Position numbers and translations under genes: made by a program. DNA of 64,000 nucleotides from contig CATOCA020000001.1 in assembly GCA_951406725.2 (NCBI GenBank), positions 9,982,001 through 10,046,000 on the forward strand, in the 5' to 3' direction. Positions 11,897-25,489 of this stretch are shown one piece after another; position 1 is the first letter of the stretch, and each line of letters opens with the position of its first letter. Source of the DNA: Octopus vulgaris (taxonomy: Eukaryota). A model generated the notes under the pieces. The model ran no database searches. It worked only from the letters and a program-made list of their open reading frames with translations, and had not been told where the DNA came from.

Positions 11897-14800
11897 GCAT
11901 CGTTTTATGACTACGAAGATGACTAATGAATCCAGCTTTACTGAGGCAGGGTCTTGCACTGACATCGCATGTCAGAATCAAAGGAAGACCCTTCCCTTCT
12001 GAAAGTGTACAAGCGATGCCCTTCCTGGCGGGATGTCAGGAAGGGCATCGCTTACTTTCCTTACTTTCTCATGTGCAACTCGAGATTTCTGAAATGTGGC
12101 TGTCCCCTCATGCACAATCCTTCTCCACCTGCTACGATCAATAACTATGCCTTCCTATGTGTCAGGAGAGATGCAAGCATCTCTTAAGGAAGCCTTCAGC
12201 AAGTCCTTATACCTCTTTTTTGGTTTATGTGGAGGTCGTTCTTTTTTAGCTAACTCTCCATAAAAGAGTTGTTTTGGCATCCTTGAATCCTTCATTCTGA
12301 CCAGATGACCACACTCCATCTGAGCCTTTGCTTTAACACAAGAGCTTCTATACTTTCACGCCGAGAGCCTTCGAGTATTTCAAGATCACCGATGCGGTCC
12401 TTCCACTTAATGCCATAGATCCGTCTGAGGCACATCTGATGGAAACATTGCAGTTGTTTAAGGTGGTATCCATATATGACCCACGTCTTGCAGGCAGAGA
12501 GAAGAGAAGGGAACACACATGCCTTGTACACCTTTATCTTTGTCTTTCTGCATATGTATCGCGGACTCCATGGGCGCTTTTCTAGCCTTCCGAAAGCAAC
12601 ACTTGCTTTCCTAATTCTATATGGAATTTCATCATCCACATTCTATATGGAATTTCATCATCCACATTGCCATATCTATTAATAGTGCTTCCCAGGTAGA
12701 CAAAGTGATCGACTACATCAAGTCGTTTACCATTCACATAGATATTTGGTACACTATACTGCTTACCAGGGGCAGGTTGATGCATGACAACAGTTTTCTT
12801 GAGATTGACTGTCAATCCTAAAGCAGTGCAAGCATCAGAGAATGCATTCAAAATGTGTTGCATATCAATCTCTGTGTGTGCTACTAGCTCAAAATCATCA
12901 GCATACAAAATGTTTTTTTATGATAGAGGTAAATATCTTTGTTTTTGCAGCAAGGCCCCTGATATTAAATATGTTGCCAGAGGTTCGATAATGGACGTAA
13001 ACACCGTATCTGCAGTTTCTGAATGCAATACAGAACACCATCGCGAAATATATGGAAAATAGGGTCAATGCCAGAATATGCCCCAGTTTCAGTCCATTTT
13101 GTATTGAAATGAGCTCCGACATCTTCCCTCTAGCATTCACCCTACCATTCATATCTTCATGAAAAGACCTAACCAAAGCAAGGAACTTTTCAGGACCCCC
13201 AATTTCTGGAGGACTTTCCACAATGCTTTTCTATTGACGGTATCAAAGGCTTTTGTCAGATCGACAAAAAGCTGATACAAATCAAGACCCTGTTCCACAC
13301 ACTTTTCCTGTCTAGCTGAAAAGATCATACCAGCAGTGGCACGTCCCACACGAAAGCCAGATTGATTTTCTGGAAGAACACAATCTGCAATGTATTTCAG
13401 CAGACGATCCAGAAGTATCTTGCATAAAACCTTTCCTACAGCAGACAGCAATGATACTCCCCTATAATTACCACAATCATTCCCGCTGCCCTTTCCCTTA
13501 TACAGAGCCACCATTACAGCATCTCTCCAGTCTATACCTTACCAAACAAAGAGTGAAGTTTCTGCAGAATTTTCTCACCACCATGCTGTAACAACTTCGC
13601 TTGTATGCCATCCATACCCGGAGACTTCCCATTATTCAACCTTGAGACAGCCATTGCAACGTCTTCCAACTTTCGTTGTTCTGCGAGTGCTGCCTTCACA
13701 GGCAATCCAGGGATGAGATTGAGAACATCCTCACTAACTACAGACTGTTGATTCAAAAGTTCATCAAAGTGTTCTTGCCACCTTCGCAGAATTCCTTGTG
13801 AATCATGAAGAACTTCTTTACCATCCCTGCTTCGAATTGGTGTCATCAGGGAAGACGTCGGTCCATAAACTTCTCGCAAGAGACCATACAGCAACTTTGT
13901 GTTATTGGAATCTCATGCCGCCTGTATCTCGTCAGCCTTCTTACTCCACCACGTATCCCTCATCTCTGAGAGCCTTTGCCTCACACGTGATTTTACGTCC
14001 TTGAGTTCCCTATGCAACACTTCCCTTTCGTGTGATTTTGGTTACAAATAGCGTGACAATGTACGCCTTTTATCATCCAATAAATCATCTATATGTTCAT
14101 CATTTTCTTTGAACCAATCTTGATGCTTTCTTTGTATCAATCCCAGAACTTTCCTGCCTATATCATAAACTGACTTTTTGAGGTTCGGCCAATCTTCCCC
14201 AATATCTGCAGCATTCATTTCCTCTCGTAAAGTTCTCTTCACACTATTATACCAACATTCAGTCTTTTACTGTTGCACGTACTAGGCGGTGGTCAGTCCA
14301 ACACTCAGCTCCACGAAGAACACGATCACACTGTACATCCTGTCTGTCACGCACCCTAACTAGGATGTAATCCAGAATATGCCATTCTTTAGTCCTAAGC
14401 TTATTCTTTGGTTGAAACATGGTATTGGTAACACACAGACTCAGCTCTTCACACATCTGCAGCAAAAGCATGTCATTACTATTACACTTCCCCACCCCAT
14501 GCTTTCCAATTACAGTCCATGTGTTAAAATCCCTACCCACTCTAGCATTAAAGTCACCCAGTACGATGACTTTGTCTGCCGAGGGATATTTCTTATAATA
14601 CCCTTCAAAGCATGGTAGAAAGAAAGTTTTTCGTCATCAGTATAGCACATAGTTGGAGCTTACACACTCACCAAGGTCATATAATTTCCTTTAGCCAAAG
14701 GAATTCTCATGGACATAAGACGATCGTTAATTTCGATTGGGAATTCTTCCAACTTGTCCACAAGAGTAGTCTTAACAGCAAATGCCACTCCAGCTTCTCC

Positions 14801-15560
14801 TCTAAACTCTTCATCTCTCCCTTTCCAAGAGAATGTATATTTTCCACAAGATTCTGTAAGATGACCATCTCCAGGTAATCTCGTCTCAGATAAAGCAACA
14901 ATGTCAAGATCATAGCGTTGAAGCTCCTTCGCAACAAGCGCAGTCCTTCTTTCAGGACATTCAGAGGACTTATGGTCAAGCAGTGTCCGTATATTCCAAC
15001 AGCCAATATTCATTATTTTCTTTGGTTCTATCACAGTAGCATGATGACGGCCGGGTTCAGACTGTGATGCTCTGGAACCCCTGCCGAGCCAGACTCTTTC
15101 AGCTGATGTGGTTCCAGAGTCCTTACTGCCATTTATTGTTATACTGTTTTGGTACATCATTGATTTTTGCTTTTTAAGGCTACAGCCAGCCATTCAGTTG
15201 AGACTCACAGCACTATCAACAATCATGAATTAGTTAATCACTTTAATCAATCCAATGTTGTTTTCGTGCAATGCCTGTGCAAAAAGAAATTTTCAAAGTG
15301 AGGAAAGACTGTGCACTGAGTCAATCCCACACACTAAGCAACAGAAGCCATAATCCGAAAAGACATCATCGGTCAACATCATCGGTAACCACTGAGCCGC
15401 AGGTTTTATGTCGCAGTTATCCCAATTACCTGAGTTACCTTCTAGAAGGATGCCCTAACAAAGGCTAGGAGTCCTTTACTCCCAATGGTTTAACCGCGCG
15501 ATCGGGTATTCAGTCCGGTTATTTCTATGTCCCCGCCTATGTTACAGCCTTAAGCATTAA
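11897..15560 (-). mobile_element. Near full-length RTE-clade LINE with disrupted ORF
   Basis: APE, RT (NYRGVSLLS, QSGFR, FVDLTKAFDTV, YADD, FVYLGS) and C-terminal AGFISHLRSH. Many frameshifts and a 26-bp internal tandem duplication near 12615-12668. Confidence 0.93.
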
Positions 15561-16664
15561 CAAAAAGAAAAAGAAAAAAAGAAAAAAAACATTAAACAAT
15601 TATTGGATGGCCGTTGACTCTCAAGAGTTCCTCCTTCCTACATACATACATACATACATACATACATACATACATACATACATACATACATACATACATA
15701 CATACACACATACATACATACATATGTGTGTGTATATGTTTGTGTATCTCTGTTTGTTCCCACAACATCGCTTGACAAACGATGCTGGTGTCTTTACGAC
15801 GCCGTAACTTAGCGGTTCGGGAAAATGAGGTGATTGAATAAGTAATAGGTTTACAAAAAAATAAGCCCTGCGTCGATTTGCCTGTCTAAAGGCGGTGCTC
15901 CAGCATGGCCACAATCAAATGACCTAAAACAAGTAAAACAGTACAGAGTAAAGAGTATATATGCATGTGTGTGGATGGGTGGGTGTGGTAGTAGATTAGT
16001 AGATTGATTGCATATTTCTTTCATTATTTCATCAAAGCTTTCTTCGTCCAAAAAATGCCGATATTGGAATTTTTTGAAATTCTCCCCCCCCCCTCTAGGA
16101 AAAACTTTTTCTAAAAGAATTCCAATATAATCAGCATGTACAAAATATGTCAAAAATTTTACTAAAAATATGAACCCTTCTTTCAGTTAAAAGGAGGCAA
16201 AATCGAGGGTCAAACGCAGACACACACACACACACACACACACACATACGCACATATAAATGTATATATTATATATATAAATGTCTGCTTTGGTCTGCTA
16301 TTTCTGGTTAGATGCCCTTCCAAACATCAACCAATTTACAGCATGGGTTCAGTGCTTTTTATCATACTACCCGACTATTCGTTGCGATTCAAGTTGCAGA
16401 ACTACAAAACCTTTTGGGTGGGGTGGGGGGGGGTCAGCTTCAAGCTAGTGGATAAGAGAATGAGGTAGGGAAGTGCATATGTTTGATCCTCTTTGGTAAT
16501 GAATGACCAGGAGATTGTACCTAGAAAGTTCCCCACCAAGGTACGTATCCGGGCAAATTTGTTTAAGGATGACCGGCAGTCACCCATGCATAACTGCATA
16601 CCCTATCCATGACAACAATGTTATCCAATGGCAATTCAAAGACTGATACAGCTTCGGCGCAGTG

Positions 16665-16830
16665 ATGTCATAACTCATTTCAACAACTCAGTGAACTGGA
16701 GTAACGTGAAATAAAGTGTCTTGCTCAAGAACTTCAACACACAGCCCGTTCCATGAATCGATCTCACTATCTCCTGATTGTAAGCCTGGCGATCTTACCA
16801 TTGAGTCACACACTTTCACAAAGCGGAAGG
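16665..16830 (-). mobile_element. tRNA-SINE family D fragment
   Basis: Similar to 57425-57585 (TTCTTGAGCAAGACACTTTATTTCACGTT core). Head also present at about 3862-3935 (+). Confidence 0.65.
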
Positions 16831-17067
16831 AGAGAGAAAGAGAAAACGAATAGTAGGGACTACAAGAGATAGATGATGGTAACGAAGTGACTCGGTAGCC
16901 CCATGGGGTAAAATGCAAAGCATTCGATACAGAGACTGTAATTATGTGCCAAAAAAAGTTTGCGTGAGGTATGGCTGTTATTTCTAGCATGTAGATAGCC
17001 TGGTTGAAAACCGTAGAATCAGGAGGTGAGATTTATTTATTTTTCTTTTGAATAAATGGAATTTTAC

Positions 17068-17161
17068 AAACAATGACTTTTTTCAGAATCATTATCTCCA
17101 ATCTTTTCTACGTATTTCACAAAAAAGGGAGAGGGGCGAGCTAAATCTGCGCCATATACGC
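17068..17161 (-). CDS. Candidate 94-nt exon (GVYGADLARPSPFFVKYVEKIGDNDSEKSHC), inverted paralog of 3522-3615
   Basis: AG/GT boundaries and open frame conserved in both copies. Confidence 0.4.
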
Positions 17162-17254
17162 CTATATATATATAAATATATATATATACACACATATATA
17201 TATATATATATACATACACAGACACACACACGCACACACACACACATTCACACA

Positions 17255-17289
<35 letters not shown>

Positions 17290-18041
17290 ATACATATATA
17301 GCCATGTATGTTTCTGTTTGTCCAATCTTCACCACTTGACATCCACTGTTTTTGTTTACATCCATGTAACGTAGCTGTTATATGAAGACAGAACAAACAA
17401 ATAAGCAGCAATCTGAATAAAGAGAAGCACTTCCCGCTGTGTGGTTGACTAAACACTTCAATGCAGTGCTCCAGTATGGCCGCGTTCCGATGTTTAAAAA
17501 ATGGAAACGATAGGCCATAAAAAGAACTTTAAATATAAAGCACATAAAAAAAATTAACGGAATAATGTTAAGGGAGGTAACTCACAATTACAGGTCATTT
17601 AATTGACGTAAAATATGCCTGTTAATATTAGAGTATATTTCTGCGTGTGTGCTTTTATTCTGTGTGTACCTGTAATTCTTTGCCTGTGTCTGTTTGTGTA
17701 TGGGTTTGTGTGTGTGTGTGTGTGGTGTGGGTGTGTGTGTGTGTGTGTGTGTGAGAGAGGGAGAGGGAGGGAGAGTGTAAAGCATGGGAGGTTGGAGTTA
17801 TGCAGTAATAAGATCTATAGAACATCCTTACATCGAAGGTTTTAGCAGTTTGCTCTTTACCTTGGATTTCTTTTATCCATTGGATTGTGGCCATGCTGGA
17901 GCACTGCTTTCAAGAGTTTCTGACGGATTAACTAGACCTGTTTATTTATTTGTACACTGTCCTTATTCTTCCGTCCTGTATCGCTCAACGTTGCTTTACA
18001 GAGACATAAACAAAGCAACACATAAACGGGAACACACACAC

Positions 18042-18078
<37 letters not shown>

Positions 18079-18428
18079 GACTTCACAAGCTCCGAAATAA
18101 ATGGAACGTTAGGGGTTAACGTCCATCTCTAACCTAAGGTAGACCAAATTATTTCTTCATATATACACTCAACGTAGGGTGTTTAAAAGTTCGCAGCCTG
18201 ACGTCGAATTGGAAACAAGGGATTTTCCTCAATGACTCAGATCCCATAATTTGGATGTGGTAGTAGTTAGAGAAACCTGGCTGAGAGGAAAGACAGGCAT
18301 TTCTCCCCTCGTAAGGTGCCAAATCTCACACAAACTGTTTTTTGGGAACACGCATATATACTCTGTATCAAATATCTATGGGGTATTCGTACACAATTGT
18401 GCCCCTCAATTTTGCTTCACATACATAC

Positions 18429-18519
<91 letters not shown>

Positions 18520-18944
18520 GTCTTTATTGCTTTACTTGTTTCAGTCATTTGACTGTTGCCATGCTGCAGTACCGCATTTGGACAGGCAAACCGACCGCAG
18601 TAGTTAATTTTTGTAAGCCTATTACTTATTCAATCGCTCTCATTTTGCCGAAAAGCTAAGTAACGGGGTCGTAAACACACCGGCATCGGTTATCAAGCGA
18701 TGTTGTGGGGACAAACAAAGGCACACAGACACACACACACATACATATTATATATATATATATATATATATAAATGTCTACTTTGGTCTCCTATTTGTAG
18801 TTAGATTCCCTTCCAAACACCAACCAATTCACACCATGGGCTCAGTGTTTTTATTATACTAGCCGACTTTTGAGGTTGCCATGCAGGTCGCATAACTAGA
18901 AGTCCTGTGGGGGTTGGGTCAGTGTCATGCTAGGGGATAAGGGA

Positions 18945-19557
18945 ATGATCTAAGAGAAGGAGGTAGGATAGTGCATGTTTTTATAGATCCTCTTTTGTAA
19001 TGATTGACCAGGAGATTGCAGCTAGAATGTTCCCCACAAAGGTACATATCCGGGCAAGTTTGTTTATGGATGACCGGCAGTCACCCATGCACAACAGAAT
19101 ACCCGACCTCCAAATGGAGAAGAACTGGAACGAGATAACGAGTAGGGTGGTCACTCTCGCCCAGCAATGGGCCGAGAGGAATCTGTCCCTAAAAGTTCGG
19201 GTGGAGGTGGCGAACATGTACGTCGCGTCCATCATCTACTACCGCCTGACCGCGTACCTTGTCCCGACCCTACCATCACCAAACTAGAACGCATTCTCTT
19301 CCGCTTCTTGTGGAAAGGATGCGTCCCGATGGTCAGGCGATCTATTTGCTGTCAACACCCGTTAAAAGGAGGACTGGGTGTGCCATGGTTGATGATACGC
19401 AGACACGCGCTAAGACTGCGACACCTCCGGCTCTATGTAGACGACGGTGAACAGGTGTGGTCGCCGTTTGTGAGGCACGCATTCCCGCAACTCGTCTCCA
19501 TGACCGAACAACAGTCGTGGATCAAAAAGAGGCCGAGGAAGGGCGAATGGCACCGCA
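18945..19557 (+). mobile_element. L1/Tx1-clade LINE ORF2 fragment (post-RT region)
   Basis: KNWNEITSRV..W..RNLSLKVRVEV, FRFLWKG..RRSICCQHPLKGGLG. Short paralog at about 16455-16600. Confidence 0.8.
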
Positions 19558-19683
19558 AGGAGAAGCTAAAGGAGTTGGACAGGAAGTCAAGAAAGGTCCT
19601 AACGATGTATGGAACCAATCATCCATGTGCAGGCATTGATAGCCGATACACGAAGAGAGCGACAGGAAGAAAGGGAATGATAA

Positions 19684-19688
<5 letters not shown>
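19558..19688 (+). mobile_element. R4/Dong-type LINE fragment
   Basis: LKELDRKSRKVLTMYGTNHPCAGIDSRYTKR..GRKGMISV. Same segment as 27920-28050. Confidence 0.75.
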
Positions 19689-19744
<56 letters not shown>

Positions 19745-20010
19745 TTATTATTTGAGTGAATAAAATCCAAACTTACAAGGGAAAAATTAAATTTAGAAAT
19801 ACTAAATCAAATTTCACACATTATAAGATGTATATAAAAAATTAAAATAAAAAAAAACAGCTTTTATCAATTCAAAATGAACAATTAAATTACACCATCT
19901 AGAAAATTACATATAATAGAAATATAAAAAATAAATAATAATTAAATGTCAATGCTTAAGTAAATTGCAAATAATAATAATAATAAAAACGTATATAATA
20001 GGTAGAATAA

Positions 20011-20058
<48 letters not shown>

Positions 20059-20177
20059 TTTTAAGTGTATATGTGATTATGAATGTATATTTTTATCTAC
20101 GTATGTGGGTTTTATGTGCATCTATGACGTGTGTCTCATTTATAAAAGCAGAGATTATTTTCTATATCAATCCATAG

Positions 20178-20260
20178 GCTGGACCAAATCCCTCGTATTT
20201 CGTTTGATTTTTAAAAAGTTCAACGAATATAAAATCCCCGCTGAGAACATATCAAGAGCC
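20178..20260 (+). CDS. Adhesion-GPCR-like gene, copy 1, exon a (SEA-like start, WTKSLVFRLIFKKFNEYKIPAENISRA)
   Basis: CATAG|..|GTGAGT, phase 1 to 0. Conserved with the same length at 31492-31574. Confidence 0.65.
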
Positions 20261-20631
20261 GTGAGTAGATATCTGCCCTCTCTCTCTCTTTCTCCGTACA
20301 CAGACGCGCGTGCACGCACACATATGCACTGAACATGCGCACACATGCATACACATACACACTCTCACGCACACATACACACACACACATGCATATTTTA
20401 TAGAAGAAATGTGAAACGTCAAATAAATAGTGAGGTTTCATGAAATTCAGACATTCAACTCCATTTACTGATAGTAAACTATTACATAAAACTTTCTTTT
20501 TTAACTTACTGAATTTTTTCTGGTCAATAAAAAGACTGTTCTATCCACTATTTTGTCTTAATATATTCCGTCTTATAATTTCCGATTCTGACAGTAAATA
20601 AAATCCTACTCAAATATTCACTAATCTTGTG

Positions 20632-20689
<58 letters not shown>

Positions 20690-20989
20690 AGAACATATGT
20701 AATCACACACTTCCTTTTGGTAATATTTTTCTTCTCAACATTTTCGTTTTCCTTTCTGAAAAAGAGATATGCTCGGAACATTAAAAACCCTCTCATTTCC
20801 CCCACTTTACCGAGTGTCAAGCTAATATATTTATGTATAATTATATTCTCAAACGCAGGATAATGCTAATAGTATAGCATGAACAGGATAACGTATTCAC
20901 CTGTTGCCGAAAACTCTGTCGGCGGCCAGATTACGCGTCTTATAAAGCTAGATGTATATAGCCTAACTTTGCAGAAGTATTTGTCGTTC

Positions 20990-21062
20990 GCGCAGTTTAG
21001 CTTAATGGTAAAGCACTTAAAGCGTAATCACAGGGGTGTGAGTTGTAGTCACATAGCTGGCC
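20990..21062 (+). pseudogene. Degenerate tRNA-like sequence enclosed by a long inverted repeat
   Basis: GCGCAGTT..AGCTGGC acceptor-like stem, TAGCTTAATGGTAAAGC D-arm/A box, degenerate T arm GTGAG-TTGTAGT-CACAT. Confidence 0.5.
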
Positions 21063-21214
21063 GCCGACAGATTTTTCTGCAAATTATGGATATTTCATCC
21101 GGTTCACGTTATATCATTAGCATTATCCTGCGTTTCAGAATAAAATTATTTCTTTATCTATTTTTCAATACATCTCAACGCTTTTAAATCAAACTCAGTT
21201 TCTTTCATTTAATG

Positions 21215-21262
<48 letters not shown>

Positions 21263-21274
21263 CGGCTTTTGCAG

Positions 21275-21327
21275 ATGGAGCATGACCTTTCAACCGTGAC
21301 GGGAACATTTAGAGTTGAAATCTGTGG
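21275..21327 (+). CDS. Adhesion-GPCR-like gene, copy 1, exon b ([17 protein letters not shown])
   Basis: TTTTGCAG|..|GTAAGC, phase 0 to 2. Conserved 53-nt paralog at 31936-31988. Confidence 0.65.
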
Positions 21328-21547
21328 GTAAGCAAGAGCTTCTAACACATTTATTCAAATTTATTTGCCTTTGTTCCAAACATTCGATTTTATCGCATGT
21401 ATTATACGTCACAATAATCAACAGTGTTGTACTTGTGACCCACAATATACTAATTCATACATTCAATGAAATGTTTAAGTGTTTTATCAATGTTTTATTA
21501 TACAAAGGACAAACAAACCCATATAAAGATACAGAGAGAACTGTATA

Positions 21548-21735
<188 letters not shown>

Positions 21736-22087
21736 TATACATACATACGCATTGAGTCGAAACAGGGGCATCTGAAGAAGGGGAATGTTCCTTGTATTGT
21801 TTGTCTTGTACTCTGTTTTTTCGTTGTTGAAAAGAGTCCGTTTCCTTGTTTGATTTCATGTTTTCTCGTTGTGTTCTACGCTTTTTTGTGGTGTCCTGTA
21901 CTCATATATGTATGTATATATACATATAGATGTAGGTATGTACATATATGTATGTATGTATGCATATGTTTTATTTATTAAATTGCTGTATTTATATATA
22001 TGTATATATATATACATACATATACATCACACATATATATATACACACATATATATACACACACATATATGGGTGTGTATATATATA

Positions 22088-22471
22088 AATTGTGGTGGCT
22101 ATCGGCAATTTGAAACCAACAAGGAAATAATTCACAGTCACTAAGTGTGAAAAGAGTGCAGTGAGCACCAGCATTATTAGAAATATTAGTCATAGACTCC
22201 TTAGCCACAAAAAGACATATGGTCTGTTTGCATTGACAGTGGGGAGAACATTCCCCACGGTAAGCCAGATGGATTAGATTAGCATGGTAATTTCTTATAG
22301 GAAGTTAATACTCATCAGCAATGCTCACTCCATTACGGCTGGTGGAGGCTAACTCACACCTCTCAGTATCATTGAGAATGCCATAGGAATTAGGGATTGA
22401 TTTCACAAAATGGCAATGTGAAGATTATAAAATATTGAAGGTAGCTAACACACATTTTAAAACCAACCAGG

Positions 22472-22475
<4 letters not shown>
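22088..22475 (-). mobile_element. Short hammerhead-bearing element with diverged terminal direct repeats (period about 347 bp) in TA-rich flanks
   Basis: Repeats 22094-22128 and 22440-22475. Minus strand 22271-22324 reads ATTG CTGATGA GTAT..ATAA GAA ATTA-ccatgc-TAAT C | TAAT. Partial paralog at 35630-35846. Confidence 0.6.
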
Positions 22476-22517
<42 letters not shown>

Positions 22518-22920
22518 CTTTCTCACTTTTTTCACTCTTTTACTTGTTTCAGTCATTTGACTGCGGCCATGCTGGAGCACCACCTTTAATCGAGCAAATC
22601 GACCCCGGGACTTATTCTTTGTAAGCCCAGTACTTATTCTATCGGTCTCTTTTGCCGAACCGCTACGTGACGGGGAGTAAACACACCAGCAATGCTTGGG
22701 AGACAAATACAGACACACAAACACACACACATACACACACACACATATATATACATATATACGACAGGCTTCTTTCAGTTTCCGTCTACCAAATCCACTC
22801 ACAAGGCATTGGTCGGCCCGGGGCTATAGCAGAAGACACTAGCCCAAGATGCCACGCAGTGGGACTGAACCCGGAACCATGTGGTTGGTTAGCAAGCTAC
22901 TTACCACACAGCCACTCCTG
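22518..22920 (-). mobile_element. tRNA-SINE family A, full length
   Basis: Head with A/B boxes (TGGCTGTGTGG, GGTTCAGTCCC), CTTGGG core, internal TA/TG microsatellite, CAGCATGGCC tail. Confidence 0.9.
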
Positions 22921-23428
22921 TATATGTATAAATACATATATAAAGTGTATTCAAAGATTTATGCAGGGAGCGAAGACCTTCATGTGCATTGGACGAATAT
23001 ATTCTTAAGACCAACTTTTAGTCACCCGCTTGTAGTTCGAGCCTCCTTCACTAATTCTGTTCACAACCATACTGAATGCGGTTATTTTAGCTATGATGAT
23101 TCAATCCTAAGCTGTGTTTGAATATACTGATAGAAAGCGATGTGAAAGACAGTGGTGATGGTGGTGGAGCGGAAAGTGCTGAAAAGTATTGATGGTGATG
23201 GCGTCAGAAGTCTTGATGGCGTGTGTATTGCAGATATGGTGGCGATGGTGGTGGTACTGTTGTTTATCATGAAGCTTTGCAATAAGTTCCAAGTCGACAA
23301 ATTATATCATTGCTTTGATGAAAATTGTTCATTGCTCGAGAAATATTCATGTTTCATGAAATTTAATATGTACTCAATGCATGGTGTCATTGTTGGACCC
23401 AAGGATTAACAGGGCAGCTTTTAAACGA

Positions 23429-23464
<36 letters not shown>

Positions 23465-23593
23465 ATGTATGTATATTTCTAGCTAGCTAGCTAGCTACAT
23501 ACATACATACATACCGACATACATGTATGTATTTATTTTTTATTTCAGCTCAAACAGAAATAAAATATTTGCTATTTACTGTATAGTATTTAG

Positions 23594-23703
23594 CGAAATG
23601 ACTGAAAGTCAACTGCGGCGCAATATCTCCCAAGTTTTGAACAATTTCCAGGAATTGCTTAACTTAGGAGTTAAGAAAAGCCACATGAAATTCATTGATG
23701 AAA
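23594..23703 (+). CDS. Adhesion-GPCR-like gene, copy 1, exon c (EMTESQLRRNISQVLNNFQELLNLGVKKSHMKFIDE)
   Basis: TTTAG|..|GTAAGT, phase 2 to 1, joins exons b and d in frame. Confidence 0.7.
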
Positions 23704-23830
23704 GTAAGTATCGTGTTTCTTATTAATTTAATCATCATTACCGTCATAATTAGCTTCATCAATCACCAACCTCTTCGTCGTTGTCGTCATCATCAACCAC
23801 AGTAGATGATACCAAGCACACAGACTCTTT

Positions 23831-23882
<52 letters not shown>

Positions 23883-24632
23883 CAACTATTTATTTACATT
23901 TTCTCAACGCTTGGATAATTTAAAAAAAAAGCATTTTATTTTGCGCTTTTCCGTTTCTTGTCCCTACGGAACTGTTTGTCTTTGCTCAGTTTCTTTTTAA
24001 TTATACCAATTAACCGAGGGCAAAAATGTTTTCTTCTAATTTTGTATAGAAGTAGAAGATGCAGACTCTAATGGGCAGAAAAATTCAAACAATTCCAGTA
24101 CTTGCTTTAATTCAAACAGGAAAACTATTTAGTGCTGCAAATAATTTTCCTCAGCGAAAATTCATTTCGTACGAAGTGATCAAGTTAATTTTTACATTAG
24201 GATCGATAGATACACACACACAGCTCATACGCTTTAACCAATGCCTAAGAGATATACAAGAGGAATAAAGCATATCCCATTGCCGAAAAAGGATATATTT
24301 TCACTTCGTTTCCATTCATTTCATTTTACCATCGCCAAATCAATATAACATCTACCCATTTCTAGCGTACATTAGGTTTTGCGCTTCCGGTCAGTATGTC
24401 TAAAGAGTGATCAATATATTGACGAAATTCAACACTAGAGGCCGCGAAACAGACAAGCATTCTGAGTAGTCATATCCCGTAACCAGTTATATATTGCTCG
24501 AGAAAATATAAAATATATATATATACATATGCACACACCTCTATTTCTATTTTATTTATTGTTTTTTAAGAATATATAAGAAAATATATATATAAGAATA
24601 TATATATATATAATCTACAGGATATCAAGTAG

Positions 24633-24716
24633 TTATGCAGTTTCAATCGGCTAAATTTAATTGAACAATACAAACATTACATCAATTTAAATGCAATGCC
24701 ATCTTCAGCTGCATAA
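24633..24716 (-). ncRNA. Hammerhead relic lacking stem III
   Basis: TTATGCAG CTGAAGA TGGC..GCCGATT GAAA CTGCATAA. Perfect 8-bp stem I but no stem III or cleavage triplet. Confidence 0.4.
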
Positions 24717-25076
24717 ATAAAGAAATAGAATTTTAATAAGTAGGACACTTTAATGTAATTTTTCTCAAATATTTTAACAGAGCAAGAAGATGGAGAAATT
24801 CATATTGTCGCCATTTTGCTTAAGAATAGACTACACTTCCAAGAATTGCATGGAGCCTGGTTGGGTCCTTGTCTTGTAAGGGATTGTAATTCATTTCTAA
24901 ATCATTTATCTCTTTACAAACTACTAAATGAAAAACTAGAAATCTGTCTATTTTGAATAAATATATATGCTCTCCGTATATGTTTGTAACACTTCATGTA
25001 TCATTGTCCTCAAATCAGCCAGCAGGTGGTCCAAACAATTTATTTCCAACATTAACTGCTGCTGCTGCTGCTGCTG

Positions 25077-25109
<33 letters not shown>

Positions 25110-25144
25110 GCTTCTCTTATATCCATGTTTTGGTTCTTTTTCAG

Positions 25145-25259
25145 TGGTTTGTGATGAAAGCACAACATCAACTAACAATCGAGCTTTCTCTTGGCCAATG
25201 ACAAAAATAGGAACTACTGCGGAGATCCCATGTCATGGAAATGTAGCCACCAGGCATTG
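25145..25259 (+). CDS. Adhesion-GPCR-like gene, exon d: hormone-receptor (HRM) domain, first half
   Basis: TTTTCAG|..|GTTCGT. Encodes VCDESTTSTNNRAFSWPMTKIGTTAEIPCHGNVATRHC, matching the HRM pattern C..WP.T..G.....PC....ATR.C. Confidence 0.85.
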
Positions 25260-25489
25260 GTTCGTTTGTATTGATTTATTTCTACTCAAAGTTTGAAGTT
25301 TTCAGCGCCATCCTATTGTGAGAGAATGTTACTTGGTAGAGCAAATAACAGGTTTATAGATTAACAAGATAGAATTAAACGTCTATCGGTTGCAATCTCT
25401 TGTCCCAGCATTTTTACATTTTATACATTATTTGATATAATTTAGCCTTGTCCTAACTATCTAGGTTTGCTTTGTCGCCAATATTATAC

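Noticed and set aside
19167-19763. 198-aa ORF
   Set aside because: Chance in-frame fusion of an L1/Tx1 fragment, an R4/Dong fragment and (TA)n.
21750-21790. GAGTCGAAACAGGGGCATCTGAAGAAGGGG as a hammerhead
   Set aside because: Both core boxes are present but I could not build the stems. At best a truncated remnant.
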